Source: Synechocystis sp. PCC 6803 substr. PCC-P (GTDB lineage Bacteria > Cyanobacteriota > Cyanobacteriia > Cyanobacteriales > Microcystaceae). Taken from it: 32,000 nt of DNA. Shown here one piece after another: positions 1-10,107 of this stretch; position 1 is the stretch's first letter; each line of letters opens with the position of its first letter. The stretch covers positions 1,950,001 through 1,982,000 of the forward strand of contig NC_017039.1 of assembly GCF_000284455.1 (NCBI RefSeq). Direction: 5' to 3'. A program made the position numbers and the translations under genes. The notes below the pieces were generated by a model that saw only the letters and a list, made by a program, of their open reading frames with translations, did not search any database and had not been told where the DNA came from.

Positions 1-2
1 TC

Positions 3-1298
3 ACGGGACGGGTGGAACAGGACGATGCCTATTTATTAGCTATGAGCGATGTGGTGCAGGAAATCCAAGGTTGTAAACGGTTACTGTTCACTATTTTTGA
101 AGATGGCCGTCCCTGGCCCGAAGACGGTTGGGAAGAGAAATCCACCTATAGGGAGTTAATTGAGCTGCGGCCGGAATCCTACCAGTGGGGTCCCCTAATT
201 TTTGCCCATAACACCCCCTCCCTCAAGGGTTTTTGGCAACGGAAATGGGAACGGGTTTGTGAGGTGATGTACAAAGGCGATCGGTGGATCACTGGCTGTG
301 GTAACCACGATACGGTGCGCCGGGGTAACCAAATTGACCACCATAACTCGGAAATTAACTGGAATTTGGGCACAACTTTGCCGGAAGTGTTGCACAATGC
401 CTACGACAATCCGGCCACCTTATTGTGGGTCTATGGTTTTTGCCCGGGCTTACCGATGGATTTTTTAAATGCCATGATGCACAGTCCCTGGGGGTTTTTC
501 CGCAACACCGATGAACGCTATGGCGTGAAAGTAGCTTTTGAAGAAGCGGGTTTTCTCGATTGGCAAATTTCCCCGGAGTTATACCAGCACCCCCAACTAT
601 TTCCCCAACTAAAGGCCCTGGGTTTTAAAGATTTGGCACTGTTGCAACGGTTTATGAAGGCAGTGGCCGATGCCATGGTGAAAAAAGATTTTCAGCTCGA
701 AGCGGTAGCTAAGGCCTGTCGCCATTGTTTGGGCTATGAGCCTGAGGAAGATGGGGACGCGGCGGCCTGTGATCTGGAATTACTCAGTCAGTTTAAACAT
801 GCCGAACAACCGGAATTTGTTACCCGTTTGGATGTGCCGAAGTTGAAAAAATTTGCTAGGGCTTTTATGGAAGATGGCCACGAAGCTTGTCGGGTATCCT
901 ATCATTTCGACCAAGTGGACCCAGAAAGAAGTCGTTTTAACTTGGCATTGCGCAATTACCGACGGCAACATCCCTGGTTACACCACAATCTCCAAGACGG
1001 CGATCGCTTTAACCGCATCCATGAAAATGACCACACTCTTTTTTATGGTCTCAGGACTAACCCCGCCACAGCCCACAGTGATGATCCTGAAAAGGTGGTG
1101 ATGGTGACCCATATGGAGGGAGATCCTGCCATTGTTACCTTGGGGGACTGGTTACAACTGGATTTGCAGGAATGGGAAGTGGCGATCGCCACCCCGGGGG
1201 TGAATGTGGATTCCACGGCGGATTCGTTACGGGTGTTTGAGTTGCGGGATGGCCAGGGTGTGATTTTGCGCAACAGTCGCTCGAAGAAGGAATGCTAG
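3..1298 (+). CDS. gghA: Glucosylglycerol hydrolase (GH13-like), 5' end outside window
   Basis: Open frame reaches the left edge; the GTG at 12 is probably internal. GH13-like 'GCGNHDTVRRG' motif and a following glycerol kinase gene; resembles Synechocystis Slr1670. Confidence 0.75.
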   Translation, partial: TGRVEQDDAYLLAMSDVVQEIQGCKRLLFTIFEDGRPWPEDGWEEKSTYRELIELRPESYQWGPLIFAHNTPSLKGFWQRKWERVCEVMYKGDRWITGCGNHDTVRRGNQIDHHNSEINWNLGTTLPEVLHNAYDNPATLLWVYGFCPGLPMDFLNAMMHSPWGFFRNTDERYGVKVAFEEAGFLDWQISPELYQHPQLFPQLKALGFKDLALLQRFMKAVADAMVKKDFQLEAVAKACRHCLGYEPEEDGDAAACDLELLSQFKHAEQPEFVTRLDVPKLKKFARAFMEDGHEACRVSYHFDQVDPERSRFNLALRNYRRQHPWLHHNLQDGDRFNRIHENDHTLFYGLRTNPATAHSDDPEKVVMVTHMEGDPAIVTLGDWLQLDLQEWEVAIATPGVNVDSTADSLRVFELRDGQGVILRNSRSKKEC

Positions 1299-1350
1299 GG
1301 CCAACCAGAGCAAGGATTTTTTTTGATTAATTTTTCGGAGGTTACCGTCT

Positions 1351-2838
1351 ATGACAGCAAAACATAATCAGTATGTAATGGCCCTGGATTTGGGCACCAC
1401 CGGCAATCGAGCTATTTTGTTTGATTACGAAGGCAATATTGTCGGGCAAGCTTACAAAGAGTTAACCCAGTTCTATCCCAAGGCTGGCTGGGTGGAGCAC
1501 GATGCCCTGGAAATCTGGCGGGATACGAAAACAGTCATGCAGGAAGTGGTGCAAAAAACCGCTATCCAACCCCAACAAATTGTGGCGATCGGTCTAACGG
1601 TGCAACGGGAAACGTGTTTGCTCTGGGATAAGACCACTGGCCAACCCCTCCATCCGGCAATTGTCTGGCAGGATCGACGCACTGCTCACTTTTGTGGAGA
1701 ATTAACCGCGGCGGGCTACGTGGACGAAATTTATGAGCGCACCGGCCTCGTGTTAGATGCCTATTTTTCGGGCACCAAACTCCATTGGTTATTGGATTGG
1801 GTTAAACAGAGTAAGAGTGTCGATCCAGCTAATCTGTTGGCGGGCACCATTGATAGCTGGGCCCTCTGGAACTTAACTGGGGGTAAAGTACACCGCACGG
1901 ACCACAGCAATGCTAGCCGTACTATGGTGCTCAATTTAGACAGCCTCATCTGGGATGAAAAGCTGTTGGATTTATTCACCATTCCCGCCCAGATTATGCC
2001 GGAGGTGCAACCTAGTTTGAGTTACTTCGGCGTTACCGACCCGGAAATTCTGGGGGTAGAAATTCCCATTACCGCCATTTTTGGTGACCAACAGGCGGCC
2101 CTCTATGCCCACGGCTGCGATCGCCCAGGATTGCTGAAATGTACCTACGGCACGGGGGCTTTTTTGGTGGCGAATACGGGGCAAACGGTAACCCGTTCCC
2201 AACATCGCTTACTTTCCACTGTGGCTTGGACCCAAACCAACCGAGACAAAAGCTTGACAAGGGATTACGCCTTGGAAGGAAGTATGTTCACTGCTGGTTC
2301 CTGTGTGCAATGGCTACGGGATAAGTTGGGTTTAATTGAATCAGCGGCGGCCAGTGAAAGCCTAGCCCGCAGTGTGGATAGCAATGGCGGCGTTTACTTT
2401 GTGCCGGCCCTAAGTGGTTTGGGGGCTCCCCATTGGGACATGAATGCCTGTGGCGCTTTTCTTGGCTTAACAGCAGGGGTAACTAAAGCCCATCTAGTCA
2501 GATCGGTTCTAGAGGCGATCGCCTTCCAAGCCCGGGAAGTGGTGGAGGCCATTAACCAGGATAGTCCCGCCCCCATTCAACAACTGAAAGTAGATGGAGG
2601 AGCCTGTAACAATGACTTTTTGATGCAATGCCAAGCGGATGTTTTAGGCATTCCCGTAGAACGGCCTGCGGTGTTGGATGCCACGGCCCAGGGAGCCGCC
2701 TTTGGAGCCGGGCTAAAAATTGGGTGGAATCAGCTTCAAATTAGGTTTTTCCGAACCTTCCACCACGGGACGATAAGCTTAATTTGTCTTCAATTTCTGC
2801 CCATGCGTATTCAGGAAGGTGTATCCGTTGACCAGTGA
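1351..2838 (+). CDS. glpK: Glycerol kinase (FGGY family)
   Basis: 'MALDLGTTGNRAILFD', 'AIVWQDRRTAHFC', 'GDQQAALYAHG', 'KVDGGACNNDFLMQCQADVLGIPVERP' are FGGY/GlpK signatures. The C-terminal tail is atypical (see findings). Confidence 0.93.
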   Translation: MTAKHNQYVMALDLGTTGNRAILFDYEGNIVGQAYKELTQFYPKAGWVEHDALEIWRDTKTVMQEVVQKTAIQPQQIVAIGLTVQRETCLLWDKTTGQPLHPAIVWQDRRTAHFCGELTAAGYVDEIYERTGLVLDAYFSGTKLHWLLDWVKQSKSVDPANLLAGTIDSWALWNLTGGKVHRTDHSNASRTMVLNLDSLIWDEKLLDLFTIPAQIMPEVQPSLSYFGVTDPEILGVEIPITAIFGDQQAALYAHGCDRPGLLKCTYGTGAFLVANTGQTVTRSQHRLLSTVAWTQTNRDKSLTRDYALEGSMFTAGSCVQWLRDKLGLIESAAASESLARSVDSNGGVYFVPALSGLGAPHWDMNACGAFLGLTAGVTKAHLVRSVLEAIAFQAREVVEAINQDSPAPIQQLKVDGGACNNDFLMQCQADVLGIPVERPAVLDATAQGAAFGAGLKIGWNQLQIRFFRTFHHGTISLICLQFLPMRIQEGVSVDQ

Positions 2839-3643
2839 CATTGCTTCCATCACCAGCACCCAAAACCCCCTGGTTAAACAATTGCGCCAACTGCACCAAA
2901 CCAAGGGACGGAAACAACAGGGTCAACTTTTGCTGGAAGGCACCCATTTGCTCGAAGTGGCCTTAGCCCAGGGCAAAGGCTTTAACCATGGCTGTTTCAC
3001 CGCAATGTGGCAGGAAAAAAATCCCGTCTTGGCCGATCGCCTAATGGCCCAGTCTGTCCACAGTTATTTGGTCAGTGGGGAAGTTTTGGCAAAAATGGCC
3101 AGCACCGTTAATCCCGACGGCGTGGTAGCAACTTTAACCATGGATCAATTTTGGCGATCGCCGCCCCCCCATGCTCGGTTAGGCCTAGTGCTGGAAAGAT
3201 TACAGGATCCAGGTAACCTGGGCACTATTCTTAGAACCGCCGCCGCCACCGGAGTGGAAGGAATTTGGTTAACCGCTGACTGCGTTGATCCCACCAGCCC
3301 AAAGGTCTTGCGCTCCTCCGCCGGTAGTAGCTTGCTTTTGCCCCAGCAACAACTGCAATCTTTGCCGCCACTCTTGGAAAAATTTCACACCCAGGGATTA
3401 CAACTCATTGCCACCGTTCCCCAGGCAACCCAAACTCTCTGGGAAATTGATTTTCAGCGGCCCACCATAGTCATTTTTGGTAGTGAAGGCCAAGGGCTCA
3501 GCGCTCCCGTGCTGGAACTAACCACCCATCAAGTGGCCATTCCCCAGGCTCCCCAGGTGGAATCCCTCAACGTGGCGATCGCCGTCGGGGTAATGCTCTA
3601 CGAAGCTCGGCGACAACAATGGGCGGCATCAACACCAGGGTAA
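2819..3643 (+). CDS. SpoU/TrmH-family RNA 2'-O-methyltransferase
   Basis: 'LVLERLQDPGNLGTILRTAAATGVEGIWL', 'IVIFGSEGQGLSAPVLE', 'IPQAPQVESLNVAIAVGVMLYEARRQ' match the SpoU motifs. The true start may be slightly downstream of the overlapping ORF start. Confidence 0.9.
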   Translation: MYPLTSDIASITSTQNPLVKQLRQLHQTKGRKQQGQLLLEGTHLLEVALAQGKGFNHGCFTAMWQEKNPVLADRLMAQSVHSYLVSGEVLAKMASTVNPDGVVATLTMDQFWRSPPPHARLGLVLERLQDPGNLGTILRTAAATGVEGIWLTADCVDPTSPKVLRSSAGSSLLLPQQQLQSLPPLLEKFHTQGLQLIATVPQATQTLWEIDFQRPTIVIFGSEGQGLSAPVLELTTHQVAIPQAPQVESLNVAIAVGVMLYEARRQQWAASTPG

Positions 3644-3748
3644 GTTCGGTTCTTTGCCCTCCGGTTTTTTCCTGAAATTGTTACATTGTGTTTATCCCAT
3701 CGGAATCAATCCCAAATCGAGTTCCATTACTAGAAGAGGAGATCCACT

Positions 3749-4099
3749 GTGACCCATGAACCCCAACGTCCCCAACCGTTATTCGCTGGCAATGAAGCCC
3801 CAGGCAAAGATAGTTTGTGGACATACGTTCAAGAATTAAGCCCCGAAACCATTGCCCAATTATCTCGCCCCGATTCCCAGGAAGTGTTTCAGGTGATGGA
3901 GCGCAACATTATCGGTCTGTTGGGAAATTTACCCCCGGAGCACTTTGGGGTAACCATCAGCACTAGCCGGGAAAATTTGGGCCGTCTTTTAGCCTCCGCC
4001 ATGATGAGTGGCTATTTTCTTCGCAACGCCGAGCAAAGGTTAGGATTTGAACAAGCTTTTAAAAGTAGCAGCAACAGCAACGAGAATACCGAATACTAA
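3749..4099 (+). CDS. DUF760-family cyanobacterial protein
   Basis: 'VFQVMERNIIGLLGNLPPEHFGVTISTSRENLGRLLASAMMSGYFLRNAEQR' resembles the DUF760 core. Confidence 0.7.
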   Translation: MTHEPQRPQPLFAGNEAPGKDSLWTYVQELSPETIAQLSRPDSQEVFQVMERNIIGLLGNLPPEHFGVTISTSRENLGRLLASAMMSGYFLRNAEQRLGFEQAFKSSSNSNENTEY

Positions 4100-4248
4100 C
4101 ACCGAGTTCTATGAGGTGGGATCTGTCCAGATCAAAGCCTCTGCAGGCACCCTAAAGAATAGCTAGATTTTGCTTCTAAGTTTTGGTTTTCCGCCGCATT
4201 GTTCTGGGATTGCCCTGTCTGGAAAATGAACTACCCAGAGTTAATCAT

Positions 4249-4590
4249 ATGCACGAAGTTAGTCTGATGGAGCAAACTTTGGCGATCGCCATTGCCCAGG
4301 CGGAAGACCATGGAGCCAGCCAAATCCATCGTTTAACCCTGCGGGTGGGGCAACAGTCTGGGGTGGTGGCCGATGCCCTACGGTTTGCGTTTGAAGTGGT
4401 GCGACAAAATACCATGGCCGCCGAGGCGAGATTGGAAATTGAAGAAATTCCCGTTACCTGTCGTTGCCAACACTGCCACGAAAATTTTCAGCCAGAGGAT
4501 TGGATTTACCGCTGTCCCCACTGCGACCAGATTAGCCAAACAGTAATGGATGGCAAACAGTTGGAACTAGCATCCCTAGAACTGAGTTGA
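4249..4590 (+). CDS. hypA: Hydrogenase nickel insertion protein HypA
   Basis: The ORF track starts at 4183, but the family start '[11 protein letters not shown]' is at 4249. Zn-ribbon cysteines CRCQHC...CPHC. Confidence 0.9.
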
Positions 4591-4717
4591 GCATGGGCCA
4601 AGTCCTAACCGGGGGAGGAACCGCTGTCACCATGGGCTGTGTTAAATTTCTTTAAGCAACCGTAGTTAGATTTTTTCCAAGCTGTATTAACTACGACCAA
4701 TCATCAACTTAATTAAA

Positions 4718-5209
4718 ATGATGTTTCCTCTACTGGCCCTTGAGATTCCTGAACCGATTAAAATTTATAGCCAATTTGGCCACCCCATTATGATGTGGGC
4801 GTTGTTCTTCACTTCGGTGTACGCCATGTGGCTGGGCTTCCAGTCCCGACAAATTCGCTCCGCAGAACCGGAAAAACGGAAGGAGTTGCTCCAAAAAGAT
4901 GTTAAGGGTAAACACTTTATCCTCGGCTCTCTCCTACTTTCCCTAATGGTGTTGGGGACCATTGGCGGCATGGCGGTTACCTATATCAACAATGGCAAGC
5001 TGTTTGTCGGTCCCCACTTACTCGTTGGTCTCGCCATGATTGGTTTAATCGCTACGGCGGCGGCGTTGGTGCCCTGGATGCAAAAGGGTAATGAAACAGC
5101 CCGCTTAACCCACATCACCCTAAATATCACATTGATTGGTTTATTTGGTTGGCAAGCTTTCACTGGGGTGGAAATTGTCCAAAGAATTATCAGCAAATTG
5201 GGCTCCTAG
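4718..5209 (+). CDS. DUF4079-like multi-pass membrane protein
   Basis: 163 aa with several hydrophobic helices; 'IYSQFGHPIMMWALFFTSVYAMWLG' and 'HPxxxW'-like start typical of this cyanobacterial family. Confidence 0.65.
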   Translation: MMFPLLALEIPEPIKIYSQFGHPIMMWALFFTSVYAMWLGFQSRQIRSAEPEKRKELLQKDVKGKHFILGSLLLSLMVLGTIGGMAVTYINNGKLFVGPHLLVGLAMIGLIATAAALVPWMQKGNETARLTHITLNITLIGLFGWQAFTGVEIVQRIISKLGS

Positions 5210-5221
5210 GTTGTTACTGTT

Positions 5222-6514
5222 TTGCAAACTTTGCCCGTATTAACCAATCCCGTTGACGTTTTAATCCTGTCCAATGGCCCAGGGGAAGTGACCACCTGGG
5301 TTCGTCCTGTTGTGCAGGCTTTGCGTCAACTTTTGGGCTACAGCCACCTGAGGATTTCGGTGATGCTTTCCCCCTGTCCCCATGCCATGGGTAGGGAAGC
5401 GGAGGTGGTGCGTAGCTATCCAGAAGTGGACCGGGTGCAGAGTAGTGAACATTTTTGGAATTTCTTGCTCTGGGGGAAAACGGCCGAGTCATGGTCCTGG
5501 CATTCCCAAGGGGTGGTGCTTTTTTTGGGGGGAGATCAGTTTTTTGCCCTGGCGATCGCCAAACGGTTGGGCTATCGTTCCGTGGTCTATGCCGAGTGGG
5601 ATGCCCGCTGGCCCCGGTGGATTGATGCCTTTGGGGTGATGAATGAACAAGTACGCCAAGCTTTACCCGAAATTTATCGATCAAAAGCCACCGTCGTGGG
5701 GGATTTGATGGTGGATGTTGATGCCGCCGACGCTCCGGTAGGTCCATCGGCAAAACCTTTAATCGGTCTCCTGCCCGGTTCTAAGGCAACTAAACTGACC
5801 CAGGGAGTGCCCCTGGAAGTGGCGATCGCCGTGGAGTTACAGAAAACCCATCCCCAATGCCGATTTGTGCTTTTTTTGGCGCCCACTGTAGATTTGGAGC
5901 AATTGCAGAGCTACGGACAGGTCAAAACCAACCCCTTGGTTAGTTCCATGGGCAATATTGAAATAGAAGTAATGGAAAAAGAGGGGCAAGAATCCTATTT
6001 GTTGGCAGCAACGGGATTAAGAATTGATATTTGTCGCCAATTTCCCGCCCTGACGGAGTTGAAAAAATTGACCTTCGCCCTAACCACTGTGGGGGCCAAC
6101 ACCGCTCAACTGGGAGCTTTGGGCATCCCCATGGTGATTTTATTGCCTACCCAACACACGGAAGCGCTGAAGCATTTGGACGGTTTACCAGGATTAATTG
6201 CTCGCATTCCCTGGGTGGGACAACAATCCACCCGCCTGATTAATTACCTCATTGCCAAGAAAAAACGTCTCTTTGCTTGGCCCAATCTCTGGGCTGGTCG
6301 GGAAATTGTGCCGGAATTGATGGGGGATCTAACGCCAATGGGGGTGGCTAGTCAATTAACGCCCTGGTTAGACCATCCTGAACAGTTAACCCAGATACGT
6401 CAACAATTACAACAGGTGCGGGGCCAATCCGGGGCGGCGATCGCCATGGCCGAGTTGGTGGCAGAACAAATTGCGGTCCAGCAAACACCAGTTAGGATGA
6501 GTTTGACAAAATAG
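5222..6514 (+). CDS. Lipid-A-disaccharide synthase-like (LpxB-like) glycosyltransferase family protein
   Basis: 'LILSNGPGEVTTWVRPVVQALR', 'GLLPGSKATKLTQGVPL', 'TTVGANTAQLGALGIPMVILLPTQHTE'. The annotated start codon is TTG. Confidence 0.7.
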   Translation: MQTLPVLTNPVDVLILSNGPGEVTTWVRPVVQALRQLLGYSHLRISVMLSPCPHAMGREAEVVRSYPEVDRVQSSEHFWNFLLWGKTAESWSWHSQGVVLFLGGDQFFALAIAKRLGYRSVVYAEWDARWPRWIDAFGVMNEQVRQALPEIYRSKATVVGDLMVDVDAADAPVGPSAKPLIGLLPGSKATKLTQGVPLEVAIAVELQKTHPQCRFVLFLAPTVDLEQLQSYGQVKTNPLVSSMGNIEIEVMEKEGQESYLLAATGLRIDICRQFPALTELKKLTFALTTVGANTAQLGALGIPMVILLPTQHTEALKHLDGLPGLIARIPWVGQQSTRLINYLIAKKKRLFAWPNLWAGREIVPELMGDLTPMGVASQLTPWLDHPEQLTQIRQQLQQVRGQSGAAIAMAELVAEQIAVQQTPVRMSLTK

Positions 6515-6640
6515 CTAGCAACTTAGAAAATAGAAGATCGCTTGTCAACTATCCCGCTCGGATCAGGTTACGACAACCATTACCCAAAAATGCCAGAGCT
6601 TAATATTTTTCTGTTGTTTCCCTAGGATCTGTTTGTAATG

Positions 6641-6707
6641 CCCCCCTAGCCCCCCAATTCTGGGGGGGATCAATTTCAAAGTCCCCCAACGTTGGGGGAT
6701 TTAGGGG
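6641..6707. repeat. Compound C/G-tract palindromic intergenic repeat
   Basis: CCCCCCTAGCCCCCCAATTCTGGGGGG... followed by the perfect palindrome TCCCCCAACGTTGGGGGA and closing TTTAGGGGGC, i.e. nested inverted repeats upstream of rplU. Confidence 0.7.
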
Positions 6708-6785
6708 GCAGAGTTAACAAGTTCCTCAAATAAACCAGAAAACTTAACGGCGGCATACCTGTACGGCAATTTACGCAAATAAATT

Positions 6786-7160
6786 ATGAGTTACGCCATT
6801 ATTGAAATTGGGGGAACCCAAATTCGGGTTGAGCCCGGCCGTTTTTACGAGATTAACCACCTCGACGCCGCACCGGAAGACAGCTATGTGGTCGATAAGG
6901 TGTTGCTAGTCAAAGACGGAGACAATGTCACCATTGGCCAGCCCTACGTCGCTGGAGCCACTGTAGAAGGGGAAATTCTCTCCCACCGTCGGGGTCGCAA
7001 AGTCATCGTCTACAAAATGCAACCCAAAAAGAAAACCCGCAAAAAACGGGGTCACCGCCAAGAGCTCACCCGCCTATTGGTGAAATCCATCTCCGTCAAC
7101 GGCACGGCGATCGCCGAGGCCCTCGAAGTGGATGCTAAAACCCCAGTGGTGGCTGGTTAA
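6786..7160 (+). CDS. rplU: 50S ribosomal protein L21
   Basis: 'MSYAIIEIGGTQIRVEPGRFYEI...VDKVLLVKDGDNVTIGQPYV...KVIVYKMQPKKKTRKKRGHRQELTRLLV'. Confidence 0.97.
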   Translation: MSYAIIEIGGTQIRVEPGRFYEINHLDAAPEDSYVVDKVLLVKDGDNVTIGQPYVAGATVEGEILSHRRGRKVIVYKMQPKKKTRKKRGHRQELTRLLVKSISVNGTAIAEALEVDAKTPVVAG

Positions 7161-7267
7161 GACAACAACCAGTCAAATTTGGCTAGTATTGTAGGTCGGG
7201 TACAATCAGAACTCGCTGGCTAGCCTGAAAAAAATTTGTTAACCATTAACAGGAGACATTAATAACC

Positions 7268-7531
7268 ATGGCCCATAAGAAAGGAACGGGGAGTACCCGG
7301 AACGGTCGCGATTCTAACGCCCAACGCTTGGGAGTCAAACGCTACGGTGGTCAAACCGTTACCGCTGGCAGCATCATCGTGCGTCAACGGGGTACCCAAG
7401 TTCATCCCGGCAACAACGTCGGCCGGGGCAAAGATGACACCCTTTTCGCTTTGATTGACGGTGTGGTTAAGTTTGAGCATAAAACCAGAAGCCGCCGCAA
7501 AGTGAGTGTTTATCCCGCCACTGCTGAATAA
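7268..7531 (+). CDS. rpmA: 50S ribosomal protein L27
   Basis: '[62 protein letters not shown]'. Confidence 0.98.
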   Translation: MAHKKGTGSTRNGRDSNAQRLGVKRYGGQTVTAGSIIVRQRGTQVHPGNNVGRGKDDTLFALIDGVVKFEHKTRSRRKVSVYPATAE

Positions 7532-7609
7532 ACTTCCATCAAGTTAGAATGCTTAAAATCCTCCAAATTCTGGGGGATTTACTGTTTTTACCCCTGTAAC
7601 TCAGCTTCG

Positions 7610-8353
7610 ATGTCCTTTGATACCCCGCTCAAACCCTATCTTGCTATTCCCATCCAAGATTGTGGTGAACCCCTCGCCCCCATCAATCTTGAAGGCGTTA
7701 AATCGCTTAAACCCCATCCCTACGCACAAGTAGGAGCGGATTACCAAGGGCGATCGCCTTACGTATTGCGTACTGGAGTTTTAAAAAGATTGGATCAGGC
7801 TCGGTTGACCTTGGCTGACATTGAGCCGAGCTGGGAGATTTTAGTATTTGATGCTTACCGCCCGATCGCCGTTCAACAGTTTATGGTGGATCACACTTTT
7901 GCCGAAATTGTGGCGAGAGATGGCTTACAAGGCCAAGTTTTAACCCCCGAACAAAAGGAAAATATTTATCACCAGGTTTATCAAATTTGGGCCGTTCCCA
8001 ACAATAATCCCCTCACCCCTCCGCCCCACAGCACGGGAGCAGCTCTGGACATAACGTTGCTGGATGACTTAGGGCAACCTGTGGATATGGGGGGAGAAAT
8101 TGACGAATTATCAGCCCGTTCCCTGCCCAATTATTATCAAACAGTGGAACCGAATAGCGATCGCCAAAGGAAAGAATTTGAGCAATATCAAAGACGACGA
8201 GAACTCTTAAATACCATCATGGAAAGCGCCGGGTTTCTGCGGCATCCGGGGGAATGGTGGCATTTTTCCCAAGGGGATCAACTCTGGGCATGGCAATATA
8301 ATCAACGACATCCAGACCACCAAAAGATCGCCTACTACGGCCGGGTTGAATGA
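7610..8353 (+). CDS. D-alanyl-D-alanine dipeptidase-like peptidase (M15D/VanX-like)
   Basis: 'LVFDAYRP', 'HSTGAALDITL' (SxHxxGxAxD-like) and 'EWWHFS' metal/catalytic motifs. Confidence 0.85.
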   Translation: MSFDTPLKPYLAIPIQDCGEPLAPINLEGVKSLKPHPYAQVGADYQGRSPYVLRTGVLKRLDQARLTLADIEPSWEILVFDAYRPIAVQQFMVDHTFAEIVARDGLQGQVLTPEQKENIYHQVYQIWAVPNNNPLTPPPHSTGAALDITLLDDLGQPVDMGGEIDELSARSLPNYYQTVEPNSDRQRKEFEQYQRRRELLNTIMESAGFLRHPGEWWHFSQGDQLWAWQYNQRHPDHQKIAYYGRVE

Positions 8354-8463
8354 TGTTCAAATTTTGTTTACAAAGCTTTAATTTGTTTATTTAATCTCGG
8401 AAAATGTTGAAGAATAAATTAAAACTTGAGCAACAGATTTTTTAAAATTCTAACAAGCAGATA

Positions 8464-10107
8464 TTAACTGGAAATCGCCTCTTGATTAGTTAGCCCACAG
8501 GTTAATAAGCGCAGGCCGTATTCAATGCCTTCCACCACCGCCTGATAGGAAGCTTCTAAAATATTGCCCGATACTCCTACAGTGGTCCAACGGCGATCGC
8601 CATTGCTGGATTCGACGAGGACACGGGTTTTGGCGGACGTGCCGGCCCCTCCATCTAAAATCCGTACTTTGTAGTCAGTCAGGTGAAAATCGGCAATTTG
8701 GGGATAAAAACGGGTCAAGGCTTTACGCAGAGCTTGGTCTAGGGCCGAGACGGGGCCATTGCCTTCCGCTACTTCCAAGATATTTTGCCCATTAACAGTT
8801 ACTTTCACCGTGGCTAAGGCATTGCGATAAGCAGGATTTTCCGCCGGGGTCAGCAAATCACAGTGTACTTGGAAGCCCTGCACTAAAAATAGGGGTTGGC
8901 GATCGCCCATGGCCTGACGCATAAGCAGTTCAAAGCTGGCCTCCGCTGCTTCAAATTGGTAACCTTGCTGTTCTAAATCTTTGAGGGTTGCCAAAATAGT
9001 GCGGCAGGCGGGATTCTGACGATCTAGGGCAATGCCAAATAACTCCGCTTTAGATAAAACATTGCTCAACCCCGCTTGTTCTGACACCACAATACGCCGT
9101 TCATTACCAACCAAATTCGGGGCAATATGCTCATAGGTAAAGGGATTACGTTGCACTGCCGAGACGTGGATTCCGCCCTTATGGGCAAAAGCCGATCGCC
9201 CCACAAAAGGAGCATGGTCATCGGGGGCCAGGTTGACTATTTCACTGATTAAACGGCTAGTACTAGTGAGATGGGCTAGCTTTTCCGGTTCAATGCAATC
9301 GTAATCGAGTTTCAGTTGTAAATTGGGAATCAGAGTGCAGAGATTAGCATTGCCACAGCGCTCTCCGTAGCCATTGATGGTGCCCTGAACCATAGTCGCT
9401 CCAGCCTCCACCGCCAGGAGGGAATTGGCCACCGCTGTGCCACTGTCGTTGTGGGCATGGATACCCAGTTGGGGTTGACGATCGGATTGACCGTCCAGTC
9501 CTAAACTCCGTCGAACTTTAGTGGTAATTTCGCTGATTTGCCCCGGTAAAGTACCCCCATTGGTATCACACATCACGAGCCATTCTGCCCCGGCCTGCTG
9601 GGCTGTGGCTAAGGTTGCCAAGGCATAATCTGGATTAGCTCGATAGCCATCAAACCAATGTTCGGCATCGTATATCACCCGCCGCCCTTGGCTACGTAGA
9701 TAGGCGATCGTGTCGCTGATCATAGCTAAATTTTCCGCCAAGCTAGTTTGTAATCCCTCCAGCACATGGAGGTCCCAGGACTTGCCAAAAATGGTTACCC
9801 AGCGGGTTCCAGCAGAGAGAATCGCCTGGAGCATTTTGTCTGTTTCCACCGCTTTGTGGGGGCGACGAGTGGAGCAAAAGGCCACAATTTCCGCCTGCTC
9901 CAAGGGCTCTTCCTGTAATTGCCAAAAAAACTGCACATCCTTAGGATTGGCTCCGGGCCAACCTCCCTCAATAAAGGGAATACCCAATTGATCCAAACGG
10001 CGGGCAATGGTCAATTTATCGGTCAACGACAAAGAAATTCCCTCCCTTTGGGCCCCGTCTCGGAGGGTGGTGTCGTAGAGCCAAAGGGAAGTTTTCTTGG
10101 TAGCCAT
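8464..10107 (-). CDS. cimA: (R)-citramalate synthase / isopropylmalate-synthase family
   Basis: 'LYDTTLRDGAQREGISLSLTDKLTIARRLDQLGIPFIEGGWPGANPKD', 'GTINGYGERCGNANLCTLIPNL' and a C-terminal LeuA dimer/regulatory domain. Confidence 0.9.
   Translation of the reverse strand: MATKKTSLWLYDTTLRDGAQREGISLSLTDKLTIARRLDQLGIPFIEGGWPGANPKDVQFFWQLQEEPLEQAEIVAFCSTRRPHKAVETDKMLQAILSAGTRWVTIFGKSWDLHVLEGLQTSLAENLAMISDTIAYLRSQGRRVIYDAEHWFDGYRANPDYALATLATAQQAGAEWLVMCDTNGGTLPGQISEITTKVRRSLGLDGQSDRQPQLGIHAHNDSGTAVANSLLAVEAGATMVQGTINGYGERCGNANLCTLIPNLQLKLDYDCIEPEKLAHLTSTSRLISEIVNLAPDDHAPFVGRSAFAHKGGIHVSAVQRNPFTYEHIAPNLVGNERRIVVSEQAGLSNVLSKAELFGIALDRQNPACRTILATLKDLEQQGYQFEAAEASFELLMRQAMGDRQPLFLVQGFQVHCDLLTPAENPAYRNALATVKVTVNGQNILEVAEGNGPVSALDQALRKALTRFYPQIADFHLTDYKVRILDGGAGTSAKTRVLVESSNGDRRWTTVGVSGNILEASYQAVVEGIEYGLRLLTCGLTNQEAISS

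Noticed and set aside
5214-5753. 179-aa minus-strand ORF opposite the LpxB-like gene
   Set aside because: Pro/Arg-rich shadow ORF fully antisense to a gene with clear family motifs; no recognisable domain.
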